A DNA stretch of 32,000 nucleotides, taken from contig NZ_CP043316.1 of the NCBI RefSeq assembly GCF_008189405.1, positions 300,001-332,000 on the forward strand, in the 5' to 3' direction. Under the pieces are notes generated by a model. It searched no databases. It was not told where the DNA came from and worked only from the letters and a program-made list of their open reading frames with translations. Shown here piece by piece: positions 1 through 9,062 of this stretch. Source of the DNA: Candidatus Saccharimonadota bacterium. GTDB lineage: Bacteria > Pseudomonadota > Alphaproteobacteria > CAJXXZ01 > 1604HC. How positions within the stretch are numbered: position 1 is the stretch's first letter; every line of letters begins with the position of its first letter. Position numbers and translations under genes: made by a program.

Positions 1-549
1 TGAAACCATTCCTAAACTTCCAAATATTCCAAAATAAACATAGTTTTTCTTAGCTTCTTTTATTGTATTAATATTATTTGCAAATTGCCAAAATATTAAA
101 TTTAATGCTACAGATGACCATAATTCTGAAAATATATAAAATAATGCGTTAGACCAAGATCCATATAAAATTAAAAGCCATTTTAAGTGTTCATTATTTT
201 TTATTAATAAATTTATTGAGTTAGGATCAGGATGTAAATGCATTCTTACAGGGTGTAAAAAAGCATATAATGTGAAGAAAAGCATGAAAGAAAACATGAT
301 TATATAAATGATTTTATTACTTTTAACTGTAAGGCTCACTTTTGTATAAAAATATACAAAAACCATAGAGATAGGCATAACTAAAAATGATTTTATAAAA
401 TGCACAACTTCAATACTAGAGTTATCTGAAAATAATAATGTATCTTTAATAACTCTTAAAACAGCATTATTAAATAGCGTTAAAGTTATAATAGACAATA
501 AACAAACAAATTTTTTAGACTCACTGATAATTTTATTACTTAAATCCAT
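1..549 (-). CDS. tlc: ATP/ADP (nucleotide) translocase, Tlc/NTT family. This is the N-terminal 183 codons; the gene runs off the left edge of the window.
   Basis: Hand translation of the minus strand from ATG at 549..547 is open to position 1: MDLSNKIISESKKFVCLLSIITLTLFNNAVLRVIKDTLL...GSWSNALFYIFSELWSSVALNLIFWQFANNINTIKEAKKNYVYFGIFGSLGMVS. The segment WS.ALFYI.SELW.SV.L.L.FWQFAN.I....EAK..Y..FG matches the conserved block of Rickettsia/Chlamydia Tlc proteins. An in-frame stop lies upstream at 628..630 with no other ATG in between. The ORF is missing from the supplied track, probably because it is edge-truncated. Confidence 0.85.
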   Translation of the reverse strand, partial: MDLSNKIISESKKFVCLLSIITLTLFNNAVLRVIKDTLLFSDNSSIEVVHFIKSFLVMPISMVFVYFYTKVSLTVKSNKIIYIIMFSFMLFFTLYAFLHPVRMHLHPDPNSINLLIKNNEHLKWLLILYGSWSNALFYIFSELWSSVALNLIFWQFANNINTIKEAKKNYVYFGIFGSLGMVS

Positions 550-613
550 ACAATTACTGCTAACTTCAAAACGATCATATTTAATTCTACTACTAAAATA
601 GAATATGTCTAGG

Positions 614-1414
614 TTAATTATACCAGTCTAGTAAAAACTTGACTGGTTTTTCTTTGAACTTTTTCATTATTTTATTTGAATCTATTAATAACTCATCTAA
701 ACTATTTATACTATTATTTAATTTTGGGAGAGAAACCAAAAAGAAATCTTGTAAATTTGATTTACTATCTTTTATTGCATAGTTCATATTTCCTAATATA
801 TTGTTTGTTTTATCAAGCGCTTTATTTGCGTTATCTATGAGTTTGTCAAATTTATTTGATATATTATTTATATTTTTTAGAATATTATTCAATAATTTTA
901 AATCAATAGCATTTAATTTCTTAATTAAGCTTGATGATTGGTCAGCAATTAGTGGGGCATTATTCATTATTTTTACCATTCCAGATTTTCTAGATGGTAT
1001 GCACAATGTATTATTTTTATGAATTAATTTATATTCTTTAGATTGAACTAAATTAACGTATTTATGTCCTGAAAATCCTTGTGATTCTATTTGAGCAACT
1101 TTATTTTCTACATTCATTTTATTATGTATTAGAGCTTTAATATCTATTTGATCATTTTCATAATTAATAGAAATATTTTTTATGTGCCCTATATTTACAC
1201 CATTAAATAGTATAGAAGATCCAATTTCTAACCCACTAATATTTTCATCAAAACTAATATTATATAGTGATTTCTTTTGAAAATAATGAAGATTAATTAA
1301 TAAATAAAGTATAATCGGTGCGGTTGCAAATAGGATAAAAGCTAATACTTTTTTATCCAAAAAATTTTTATTAAAATTTAACATAATCACTTTCCTTAAT
1401 TGATTGCTCATCAA
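614..1414 (-). CDS. mlaD: MCE/MlaD-family lipid-transport substrate-binding protein with a coiled-coil C-terminal tail
   Basis: It has an N-terminal TM helix (VLAFILFATAPIILYLLI) followed by an MCE-like core (ISGLEIGSSILFNGVNIGHIKNISI). It lies immediately downstream of the mlaE and mlaF homologs on the same strand. The likely true start is ATG at 1384 (MLNFNK...), which overlaps the mlaF stop. Confidence 0.65.
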   Translation of the reverse strand: MMSNQLRKVIMLNFNKNFLDKKVLAFILFATAPIILYLLINLHYFQKKSLYNISFDENISGLEIGSSILFNGVNIGHIKNISINYENDQIDIKALIHNKMNVENKVAQIESQGFSGHKYVNLVQSKEYKLIHKNNTLCIPSRKSGMVKIMNNAPLIADQSSSLIKKLNAIDLKLLNNILKNINNISNKFDKLIDNANKALDKTNNILGNMNYAIKDSKSNLQDFFLVSLPKLNNSINSLDELLIDSNKIMKKFKEKPVKFLLDWYN

Positions 1415-2084
1415 ATTGTACTATTTTTTTATTTTCTAATACATAATATTTATGAGATTTAATAAAATTATGGGTTATGCATATAACAGAAGTTGAGTTT
1501 GGTAAGCTCCAAATTAAATTTTCAAACTGTTTAGAGCTTATTGCGTCTAATCCTGAAACTGGCTCATCTAATATTAATAGTTCTGGATCTATAGATAATG
1601 CTCTAGCTAATGCAACACGCTTCATCATTCCTCCTGAAAGCATATGAGGGTATTTATAGCAATCTTTTTCAGATAAACCTACTAATAATATTTTATTTAA
1701 TGCTAATTCAAATGCTAATTGCCAGCTGAAATTTGAAATATACCTTAAAGGCATTGCAACATTTTCAATAACAGTTTTATCACTTAATAAAGCACTATTT
1801 TGTGGTTGTAACCCCATTTTCAATTTAATATTTGATAAATCAAAAGGCTCATTTTTCCATAATATTTTTCCAGAATGTATTGGAATAAAACCAAGCAATA
1901 TATTTGCAAAAGATGTTTTTCCTGACCCTGACCTACCCATTAATGAAATGATTTCACCTTTATTAATTGTAAAATCTAAGTTTTGATGAATTATTTCATC
2001 TTGCATATATGTTGTGATTTGCTCACATTTTAGCAAAGATTTCATTATATTATACTCCCATTTTCGTACATATAAACATAACAA
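1371..2084 (-). CDS. mlaF: ABC transporter ATP-binding protein, MlaF-like
   Basis: Walker A is GRSGSGKT, the ABC signature is LSGGMMKRVALARAL, and Walker B is LLILDEP. The probable start is MKSLLK at 2045, which gives a 6-nt overlap with the mlaE stop at 2050. Confidence 0.8.
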   Translation of the reverse strand: MLCLYVRKWEYNIMKSLLKCEQITTYMQDEIIHQNLDFTINKGEIISLMGRSGSGKTSFANILLGFIPIHSGKILWKNEPFDLSNIKLKMGLQPQNSALLSDKTVIENVAMPLRYISNFSWQLAFELALNKILLVGLSEKDCYKYPHMLSGGMMKRVALARALSIDPELLILDEPVSGLDAISSKQFENLIWSLPNSTSVICITHNFIKSHKYYVLENKKIVQFDEQSIKESDYVKF

Positions 2085-3012
2085 TCATATCAAATATAAT
2101 TATTCCACTTATTGAATATATTACAGCTTTTACAACAGATTTTCCTAAATTTTCTGTTCCAAATTCATATAATATTCCAGCAGAGCACATTGTAAGCCCT
2201 AACCACCATCCAAATATAATAGATTTAGCTTGTGAAATAATAAAATTAGGCATATTGATAAATTCCATAATATGATTAAATGCAAAAATTAAATTATAAT
2301 TAGATAGAGTTGAATATGCTATTGTTCCAAATAAAATTGAGAAAAATAATGCATAAATATTCATTAATGGCATAATCAAAATGCAAGCAAGCCATTTTGG
2401 TTTTAATACAATATTTTCTGAAATATTCATTAATTCTAGCATTTTTAGCTCAGAATTAATTTTTTGAGCTGAAATTTTTGCAGTAATAGATGTAACACAT
2501 TTGCTAGCTATTAAAATTGCTGTCATTATAGGCATCATTTCTCTCAAAGCAAAGGATATAAAGAAATGCATTGTAAATGCTTCAACACCTAGATAATGAA
2601 GTTGTGCATAACTTTCTAACACAATAGCAATTCCTAAAACAGAGCACATAATAGAAATCAAAAGAACACTATTCATCCCAAGCTCTGTAAAATCTGTAAT
2701 AAAATAATCTTTAAAAGCTTCTTTTTGCGCAACAGTTAATCTGATTTTTTTTAGTAGTTTAATTTGCATTTTAATAATTTTCATCATAAAGCTATGTTCT
2801 ACAGGCTTTATAATTTGATGCTTTTCATAATTAATTTTTGACTGATCATTAGAATTATATTTATCAATAATATATTGGACGTTAATTGACACATTTCCAA
2901 GATTTTCTACTTTTTTGCTTTTTTGTATTATTTTTAAAAGTAATGGAATGCTTGAATTAGTCCATACACCCTTTAAAATTAATATATCATTATAATATTC
3001 ATATTTATGCAT
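2050..3012 (-). CDS. mlaE: MlaE-family ABC permease with an N-terminal extension of roughly 60-100 aa
   Basis: The core FTELGMNSVLLISIMCSVLGIAIVLESYAQL...ALREMMPIMTAILIASKCVTSITAKISAQKINSELKMLELMNIS follows the MlaE pattern (ELxxxG ... RELxPv.ta...agr.gs..taE.g.M...eq.dal). The first ~100 aa (ILILKGVWTNSSIPLLLKII...) lie outside the permease core. Confidence 0.75.
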   Translation of the reverse strand: MHKYEYYNDILILKGVWTNSSIPLLLKIIQKSKKVENLGNVSINVQYIIDKYNSNDQSKINYEKHQIIKPVEHSFMMKIIKMQIKLLKKIRLTVAQKEAFKDYFITDFTELGMNSVLLISIMCSVLGIAIVLESYAQLHYLGVEAFTMHFFISFALREMMPIMTAILIASKCVTSITAKISAQKINSELKMLELMNISENIVLKPKWLACILIMPLMNIYALFFSILFGTIAYSTLSNYNLIFAFNHIMEFINMPNFIISQAKSIIFGWWLGLTMCSAGILYEFGTENLGKSVVKAVIYSISGIIIFDMIVMFICTKMGV

Positions 3013-3045
3013 TCAACTCAATTATATATCATATTTATACATAAA

Positions 3046-4497
3046 TCATGAGCAAATAATAAATATTTTAGTTATATAATACATCAATATATAATGAATT
3101 ACTAATGAAATTATAGATAAAGTATGTTTTTTATATAAATCGTTTTTATATATATTTGTTTTGTATAAATCATTATTTAAGTTTACATTTTTTATTAGGT
3201 TTTTGGTGGGTTTTTCAAAACTGTTCATAAATTTTTCTACTGAAAATGCAGTGATTATACTAGATAATATTAGGCTCATTGCTCCAATGTAATAATGTTT
3301 TTGTATCATGAAATATAGTGCTGAGAACTTTGCAATAAAACCTGGTGTGATTGGGAAACCTATTAAAGATAATGCTGCATATTTACAAAGCCACGACTGC
3401 TTATCATCAACCATAAGAAAAAGAGTTGATTTAGTCCAAATATGATGAGTCAAATATAAAATTGTAAGGCCAAAATTCATTTGATTATGAAATTCAAAAA
3501 CTGCTATATTTAAAATAATTCCTATTTGACTCATAATATGAAAGCTAAGAATTTTCTTACTATTTAAAGATTTATAAGCTAAGATTGCACCAATAATTGC
3601 GCTCAAAATACTAATTGCTCCTAATCCAACACTGCATAATAAGCTTAGGATAGTTGAAGTATTAGCATAAAGATTCTCATGATTATGCATAATAATATCA
3701 CTATGCTTAGTATGGTTATTATATAAGCTTGAAAGTAATATTATGATTGGGTTTACTATTGATTTGCTTAATCCTTTATTAACACTATTAGATAAATTAT
3801 ACATTCCACTTGATAACCATGGCATTAATACTAATATAGAGTAGACTGAGATTTTTGTAATCAATCCAGATGCCCAGAATAATATTTGGTTTGGTATTTT
3901 TGAATATAGAGCAATCCATAATCCGAATGGGTATGCACCTGCTTTTATCAAGAATCCTAGTAGTAATATATATGCATTGAAAAATGGTTTTTGGTTATAA
4001 AAAATTCCTAAATGACCATTTTCTAAATAAAACAAGCAAACACCAAAAAACAAAATAAAACTCGCTAACATTTGATACTTTAAATATAATTTCCAGTGAG
4101 GATATTGTGATTTAATCAAACAAAATACAAATCCAGATAATAACACTTCATATCCAACATACATATTGAAAAAATCTGTTGTAGAAGTGATTTTATATAT
4201 TCCATATAAACTAGTAAGCAACCCAACTGATAAATCAGGATTCAAAAACAAAGCAAAAGCAGTTAATATGCTTGATGAAATTGTAATAAACACACCTATA
4301 TTATGTGGTACTACTTGTATATATTTACTATCAAAATTATATAAAGATTTATCATATACAAGCATAAATACTGAACATAAAATAAACACACATTGAATTT
4401 TATAATATTTATTGAAAGTAGTGCTTTTATTACTTTCATGAGCTATTTGTAATAAAACTATTAAATAAGTAATAAACAGTAATAAACTAATAATCAT
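3046..4497 (-). CDS. mnhD: Mrp/Mnh monovalent cation:proton antiporter subunit D (NuoL/M/N-like)
   Basis: It is a 483-aa polytopic membrane protein with NuoN/MnhD-like helices (GYEVLLSGFVF, AGAYPFGLWIAL, GFPITPGFIAKF). It overlaps the upstream mnhC-like ORF by 4 nt, which suggests translational coupling. Confidence 0.7.
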   Translation of the reverse strand: MIISLLLFITYLIVLLQIAHESNKSTTFNKYYKIQCVFILCSVFMLVYDKSLYNFDSKYIQVVPHNIGVFITISSSILTAFALFLNPDLSVGLLTSLYGIYKITSTTDFFNMYVGYEVLLSGFVFCLIKSQYPHWKLYLKYQMLASFILFFGVCLFYLENGHLGIFYNQKPFFNAYILLLGFLIKAGAYPFGLWIALYSKIPNQILFWASGLITKISVYSILVLMPWLSSGMYNLSNSVNKGLSKSIVNPIIILLSSLYNNHTKHSDIIMHNHENLYANTSTILSLLCSVGLGAISILSAIIGAILAYKSLNSKKILSFHIMSQIGIILNIAVFEFHNQMNFGLTILYLTHHIWTKSTLFLMVDDKQSWLCKYAALSLIGFPITPGFIAKFSALYFMIQKHYYIGAMSLILSSIITAFSVEKFMNSFEKPTKNLIKNVNLNNDLYKTNIYKNDLYKKHTLSIISLVIHYILMYYITKIFIICS

Positions 4498-4703
4498 TTT
4501 TTGATCAATAACGCTATCATGCCTAAACTTATCACAATCGAGGTTAAAAGAAGAGATTGTTCTAGTAAATTTGCGCCTATATTCATGTACAATAGGAATA
4601 AGTTAATGGATTGACCAATCAGAATATAACCCAATACTGCAGCTGTTTTTCTTTGCTTTATAAAGTAGATGCCAAAAGACATTAGAATCAAAATACTTAA
4701 CAT
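4494..4703 (-). CDS. mnhC: Miniaturised Mrp/Mnh antiporter subunit C (NuoK-like), 69 aa
   Basis: GIYFIKQRKTAAVLGYILIGQSINLFLLY matches the MnhC TM1-TM2 pattern G.Y.l..r.l.r.liG..ll..a.nL.ll. LEQSLLLTSIVISLGMIAL matches the P.QAL.LTAIVI.fg.ta block. The loop between the two blocks is much shorter than in typical ~110-aa MnhC. Confidence 0.6.
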   Translation of the reverse strand: MLSILILMSFGIYFIKQRKTAAVLGYILIGQSINLFLLYMNIGANLLEQSLLLTSIVISLGMIALLIKK

Positions 4704-4822
4704 ATTTTATTTTCCAGCTTCAATTTTAATTGTGAATTGATTAATGAATAGTATAGTAAGTTATAATTGATAATGTATATTAAGGCATTTATATGATTTT
4801 CATTTATTTTGCTTATATTCAT

Positions 4823-5362
4823 TTATTTATAATCACTTTCTTTTGCAGATGATTCACAGTAATTATTATTTGACATAAGAATTGAGATACCAAACCATAT
4901 AACTAAAGCAACACCTGCATCAAATAGCCATTTTTGATTTAAAAATGGAATATCAATAAGTTGACTATAAAGCAAAAGCATAGAAAAGAAAAAACATACC
5001 ATGCTTATATATAAAATTCTTTTTTGTACCAGAAGATATGATAAGGTATTTTGCAAATTAAACCCTAATGCAAATAGAACCCCGGCTGTAAACCCTCCAC
5101 TCACATCAAATTGACTAGCAACATAGAATCCAACTATATAAAACAAAAATTTATTCGAGAGGTAAAAATATAAAAATAAGCATATAGGCACTGTATAATA
5201 TAAATTAAAAAATTCTGTATTTGCTAAGCAAGCAATCCCAGACCCAAAACATATTTTTTGTAATAGCTTGATAATAGTATTTTTTTTATATGGATTATTA
5301 TTAACATTAATTTTCTTAATACTACTGCTCATGCTTACCTTTTGAATGTTTATATTTTCCAT
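4823..5362 (-). CDS. Polytopic membrane protein, possibly MnhB-like antiporter subunit
   Basis: It has four or more predicted TM helices. FDVSGGFTAGVLFALGFNL resembles the MnhB-domain signature PGGGF.(A/G)G(V/L). It sits directly upstream of mnhC and mnhD on the same strand. Confidence 0.4.
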   Translation of the reverse strand: MENINIQKVSMSSSIKKINVNNNPYKKNTIIKLLQKICFGSGIACLANTEFFNLYYTVPICLFLYFYLSNKFLFYIVGFYVASQFDVSGGFTAGVLFALGFNLQNTLSYLLVQKRILYISMVCFFFSMLLLYSQLIDIPFLNQKWLFDAGVALVIWFGISILMSNNNYCESSAKESDYK

Positions 5363-5371
5363 ATTTTAAGA

Positions 5372-5641
5372 TTAATGTAATAATATTTTTGCATTTTTAG
5401 GTGAATAACCTAATGTCCACATTGCTTTAGTTTCAAGTAAATCAATATCATTACTCTGCATAAGTGAAATATGATTTTTTACATGTGATATTTCATTTTT
5501 TATTTTATTTAATTCTATATTAATAGTATGAATCGCTGTATTTGTAAATTTGATTGATGAGTTAATTTTAATATTCTGCATTACAAGAAATATAATTAAA
5601 GCAAATTGAAATGCGAATTTAATAATAAACCTTACTTTCAT
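5372..5641 (-). CDS. ftsB: Septum formation initiator family protein (FtsB/DivIC-like)
   Basis: The 89-aa protein has one N-terminal TM helix (FAFQFALIIFLVM) and a short coiled coil (IELNKIKNEISHVKNHISLMQ). The C-terminal DIDLLETKAMWTLGYSPKNAKIL matches the family motif D.d..Ee.aR..Lg...p.E.v. Confidence 0.6.
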   Translation of the reverse strand: MKVRFIIKFAFQFALIIFLVMQNIKINSSIKFTNTAIHTINIELNKIKNEISHVKNHISLMQSNDIDLLETKAMWTLGYSPKNAKILLH

Positions 5642-5705
5642 AATTTTATCCTACTCCCATTGGAATTTAATTAATCTCCATTGATTCTTTCATTTTAGAT
5701 TAACC

Positions 5706-6671
5706 TCAATATTCCTTTTTATGCACAGGAATATTATTACCCATATCTAAAAATTTTTGCCTTCTAGTTTTTTTAAGCATATAAGCATCTTGTTTAATCA
5801 GTTTTTTAAGATGCTTCATAATATATTTTTTGGTTGTATTCATAGCTTGATCTCTGAATTTATGAGATCCACCAATTGGCTCTGGTATGATTTCATTAAT
5901 CATGCCAAATTTATGCAAATCTTGAGCTGTAAGCTTTTGTGATTCTGCAGCGCGTTCTTTAAAATTTTGATCTTTCCATAATATAGCAGCACACCCTTCA
6001 GGTGAAATAACAGAATAAATCGAATGTTCTAGCATTAAAACAACATTAGAAAGCGCTAAAGATATTGCACCTCCAGAACCACCTTCTCCAATAATAACAC
6101 TAATATTCGGCACTTCTAAACTGGAGCATAATTCTAAACACTTAGCTAAAACATGCCCCTGCCCTTGCTCTTCTGAAATAACTCCAGGATATGCACCACT
6201 AGTATCTATTAATGTTAATACAGGAATTTTTAATTCATTGGCAACTTCCATTAATCTATAAGCTTTTTTATATCCTTGAGGCAATCCCATACCATAATTA
6301 TGTTTAGCTCTACTTTTTATGTCATGACCTTTTTCATGTGCAATAACCATAACTGATTGATTATCAATTTTGCCTATCCCACCTATAATAGCATTATCAT
6401 TTGCATTGCACCTATCACCACATAATTCAAAGAAATCTTCAAATATAGTATCTATATAATCTAATCCATGAGGCCTATTAGGATGCCTAGCAACCTGCAC
6501 CTTTTGCCATGGAGTTAAGTTTTTATATAATTCTTCTAATTTTTTGATCAATTGTTTTTCTAAATTTATAACTTCTAGAAATGTTGTATCTCCACCATCA
6601 GTAATAGATTTCAGCTCAGAAATCTTTTTCTCAATTTCGTATAACCCTTCTTCAAAATTTAATACATGCAT
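5706..6671 (-). CDS. accA: Acetyl-CoA carboxylase carboxyltransferase subunit alpha
   Basis: It aligns full length to the AccA pattern: LTPWQKVQVARHPNRPH, FFELCGDR, DTSGAYPG..SEEQGQ, IIGEGGSGGA, SVISPEGCAAILWKD. Confidence 0.95.
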   Translation of the reverse strand: MHVLNFEEGLYEIEKKISELKSITDGGDTTFLEVINLEKQLIKKLEELYKNLTPWQKVQVARHPNRPHGLDYIDTIFEDFFELCGDRCNANDNAIIGGIGKIDNQSVMVIAHEKGHDIKSRAKHNYGMGLPQGYKKAYRLMEVANELKIPVLTLIDTSGAYPGVISEEQGQGHVLAKCLELCSSLEVPNISVIIGEGGSGGAISLALSNVVLMLEHSIYSVISPEGCAAILWKDQNFKERAAESQKLTAQDLHKFGMINEIIPEPIGGSHKFRDQAMNTTKKYIMKHLKKLIKQDAYMLKKTRRQKFLDMGNNIPVHKKEY

Positions 6672-6711
6672 ATAACTAATTAATTATTAGCATATTTTAA
6701 AAATAAAATCA

Positions 6712-7668
6712 CTATTCCATGATATCCATAAATGATTTTTCTAATTTTTTATCTTCAATATGAGTGTATATACTTGTTGTATCAAGGTTTTTATGCCCTA
6801 GAACTTGCTGTAAATCTTTCAAATTACAATCATTAGCTAAAACATGTGATGCAAAACTATGTCTAAGACTGTGAGGAGTAATCTTTTGATCTATATTATG
6901 TTTGATTCTCCATTTTGCAAGAATATGTGCACATGTTTGAGAGCCAAGCCTTTTAAACAATTGTTTCCCTATAAATAAAGGGCTTTTTTGATCATATTTC
7001 ATAGGATATCTTTCTAAATATTCTGTCATCCATGTTTTTATAATTGCAAAAATAGGCACTTTTCTAATAACCTTTCCTTTTCCATTAATTTCTAAATTAT
7101 CTTTTGCTTTTACCCAATCCGCAATATTTAAATTCAATGCTTCACTCACTCTCATTCCACTTCCATATAACAATCCCCATAAGGCTCTATTTCTATATGA
7201 AATCCAAGTTTGATCAACTTTACAAAGATCCTCTATTATTTTTTTTGGTACAGATTTTGGAAATGTTTTAGGAGTTTTAATACTCAATGCTATAAAAATA
7301 TCTTTATAATTTAGAAACTTAAATAAATTTCTCCACGCTGAAATTAGTCTCCTTTGTGAAAATGGACTTAAGTTTATCTTACGCCTTTCAGAGTATAAAG
7401 CTCTGAAATCCAACCTCGTTAATTTTTTCAATATATCTAAAGAGATATTTTCATTTCTATATTGAATAAAAAAATCGATAGACAACTTAATATCATATAA
7501 ATATGACATGACTGTATTAATCTGTTTTGCTTCTATATAAATTAAATTATATGCAAACTCTTTCATTTTATCATGAAAATCCACATTTGTATTAAATGAT
7601 GTAATTATTTTAAATATTTTTTCATATTCAGGATTGGAAATAAATTCCTTACTTAGCAAAATCTGCAA
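6712..7668 (-). CDS. Tyrosine site-specific recombinase of XerC/XerD type
   Basis: The C-terminal catalytic region carries the R...H.LRHSFA...GH....TT.IYTH motifs (GMRVSEAL; HSLRHSFASHVL; LGHKNLDTTSIYTHI). XerC cannot be told from XerD by eye. The 5' end overlaps the tal stop by 20 nt, so the true start may be an internal Met. Confidence 0.85.
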   Translation of the reverse strand: MQILLSKEFISNPEYEKIFKIITSFNTNVDFHDKMKEFAYNLIYIEAKQINTVMSYLYDIKLSIDFFIQYRNENISLDILKKLTRLDFRALYSERRKINLSPFSQRRLISAWRNLFKFLNYKDIFIALSIKTPKTFPKSVPKKIIEDLCKVDQTWISYRNRALWGLLYGSGMRVSEALNLNIADWVKAKDNLEINGKGKVIRKVPIFAIIKTWMTEYLERYPMKYDQKSPLFIGKQLFKRLGSQTCAHILAKWRIKHNIDQKITPHSLRHSFASHVLANDCNLKDLQQVLGHKNLDTTSIYTHIEDKKLEKSFMDIME

Positions 7669-8263
7669 TACCTTTTTCTGTTAATTCATGATTGAAAAGC
7701 TCTCTAATGATCTTAGGAGATATGGTTGAAATATGTGCACCAGCCACTGCTGATTTTTGTGCATGCTCCACATTACGTATTGATGCAGCAATAATTTTTG
7801 TTTTAATATTATTCATATCATAAATTTTGCGTATATCTTGTATGATTTCAAATGGGTTATCTCCTCTATCTTCTAGCCTTCCAACAAAAACAGACACATA
7901 TTTTGCTCCTATATTACCAGCTAAGATTGCCTGATTTACGCTGAATACTAAAGTAACATTAACATCTAGCCCTTTTTTGATAAATTGACTTGCATATCCA
8001 AAACAATCTATGCATGGAGGTATCTTTAGAATTAACTTATCTTTATGCTCAAATACTTTTGAAATCTGACTAGCAAACATTATAGGATTTGTTGTTTTTG
8101 GTTGATAGCTTATTTTATACCCTGTATTTTTATATAGTTCTAAAGCGTGAGACATATTATCATTTGTTAATAATTTAGGGTTTGTAGTTATACCAGATAT
8201 TAAACCTGAATCAATTAGAGAATATATCTCTTGTGAATCAGCAGAATCTATAAAAATCATCAT
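7649..8263 (-). CDS. tal: Short-form transaldolase / fructose-6-phosphate aldolase family protein
   Basis: MMIFIDSADSQEI....GLISGITTNPKLL matches M.fF.DtA...ei......g...GvTTNPsl. LKIPPC and VNVTLVFS (cf. N.TLiFs) are also present. The ~205-aa length is typical of the Tal type 3B/FSA class. Confidence 0.85.
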   Translation of the reverse strand: MMIFIDSADSQEIYSLIDSGLISGITTNPKLLTNDNMSHALELYKNTGYKISYQPKTTNPIMFASQISKVFEHKDKLILKIPPCIDCFGYASQFIKKGLDVNVTLVFSVNQAILAGNIGAKYVSVFVGRLEDRGDNPFEIIQDIRKIYDMNNIKTKIIAASIRNVEHAQKSAVAGAHISTISPKIIRELFNHELTEKGIADFAK

Positions 8264-8412
8264 ACTTATATTATGTACTTAGAATTTAATATTGCAAGAA
8301 AAATTTAACTTTCAATTATTTTTTCACTGATGCATATAATAGCTTATGTATATAAATCCATATAAAATTAGAAAGGCTAGGAAATACAAAGAATGCCATT
8401 TATAATCTTGTA

Positions 8413-8880
8413 GTGAGTGTTATTATAACAAATATTATTATAGGGTCAGATCATAGAGGATTTGAGTTAAAAGAATATATTATAAAAAATAAAAACAAGG
8501 TTATACAAAATGATTTGCATCCGCAAAACAAAGAAATGATTGATATAGGATGTTATGACAATAAAGAAATAGACTTTACTGATATTGTGTTTGATATGAT
8601 TGATAAATGGGCACATGACTCTATTGGAATATTAATTTGTAAAACTGGTATTGGAATGAGTATTTGTGCTAATAGGTTTCCAAATATTAGAGGAGCAATT
8701 TGTAAAAATAGTGATGATATAATATCAGCACGCAGCCACAATAATGCCAATGTATTAATTTTAGGTGCTCAAAATGATAATGATGAGATTATCGAGATGA
8801 TTAATTTGTTTATCGATACAGAATTCAGAAATGATGCTAAATATAGCAGGAGAGTAGATAAAATAAGCCAAATAAAATAA
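8413..8880 (+). CDS. rpiB: Ribose-5-phosphate isomerase B
   Basis: IIIGSDHRGFELKEYI, GILICKTGIGMSICANRFPNIRGAIC (catalytic Cys context CxTG retained) and RSHNNANVLILGA match RpiB/LacAB. The start codon is GTG. A small Asn/Lys-rich insertion follows the first strand. Confidence 0.9.
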   Translation: MSVIITNIIIGSDHRGFELKEYIIKNKNKVIQNDLHPQNKEMIDIGCYDNKEIDFTDIVFDMIDKWAHDSIGILICKTGIGMSICANRFPNIRGAICKNSDDIISARSHNNANVLILGAQNDNDEIIEMINLFIDTEFRNDAKYSRRVDKISQIK

Positions 8881-9062
8881 TAATTTGGGAAATAAAAATT
8901 AATAAGGGAAACAGTTAGTTAGAAAAATTAAATCAAATGTTTAAATTTGTGTATAAATATAATTTATAATTAGCACTATTTATTATAAAAATTATAAAAG
9001 AAGAGTGGAGTATGAAAGCTATAAACACTAGCATAATTCGTTAAAGCTTTAGGTATAAACAT

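Noticed and set aside
4494-4703. mnhC as a truncated pseudogene
   Set aside because: Both conserved blocks (G.Y...r....liG and QSLLLTSIVIS) are present in frame, and the gene is translationally coupled to mnhD (4-nt overlap). A miniaturised but intact gene is more parsimonious.
4704-4822. 41-codon minus-strand ORF (MNISKINENHINALIYIINYNLLYYSLINSQLKLKLENKIC) exactly filling the gap between the MnhB-like gene and mnhC. I considered whether it is a frameshifted N-terminus of mnhC.
   Set aside because: The 69-aa MnhC homolog already contains the conserved N-terminal TM1/TM2 block, so nothing is missing that this ORF would supply. The peptide shows no MnhC-like or other motif. A short ORF in AT-rich spacer DNA is expected by chance.
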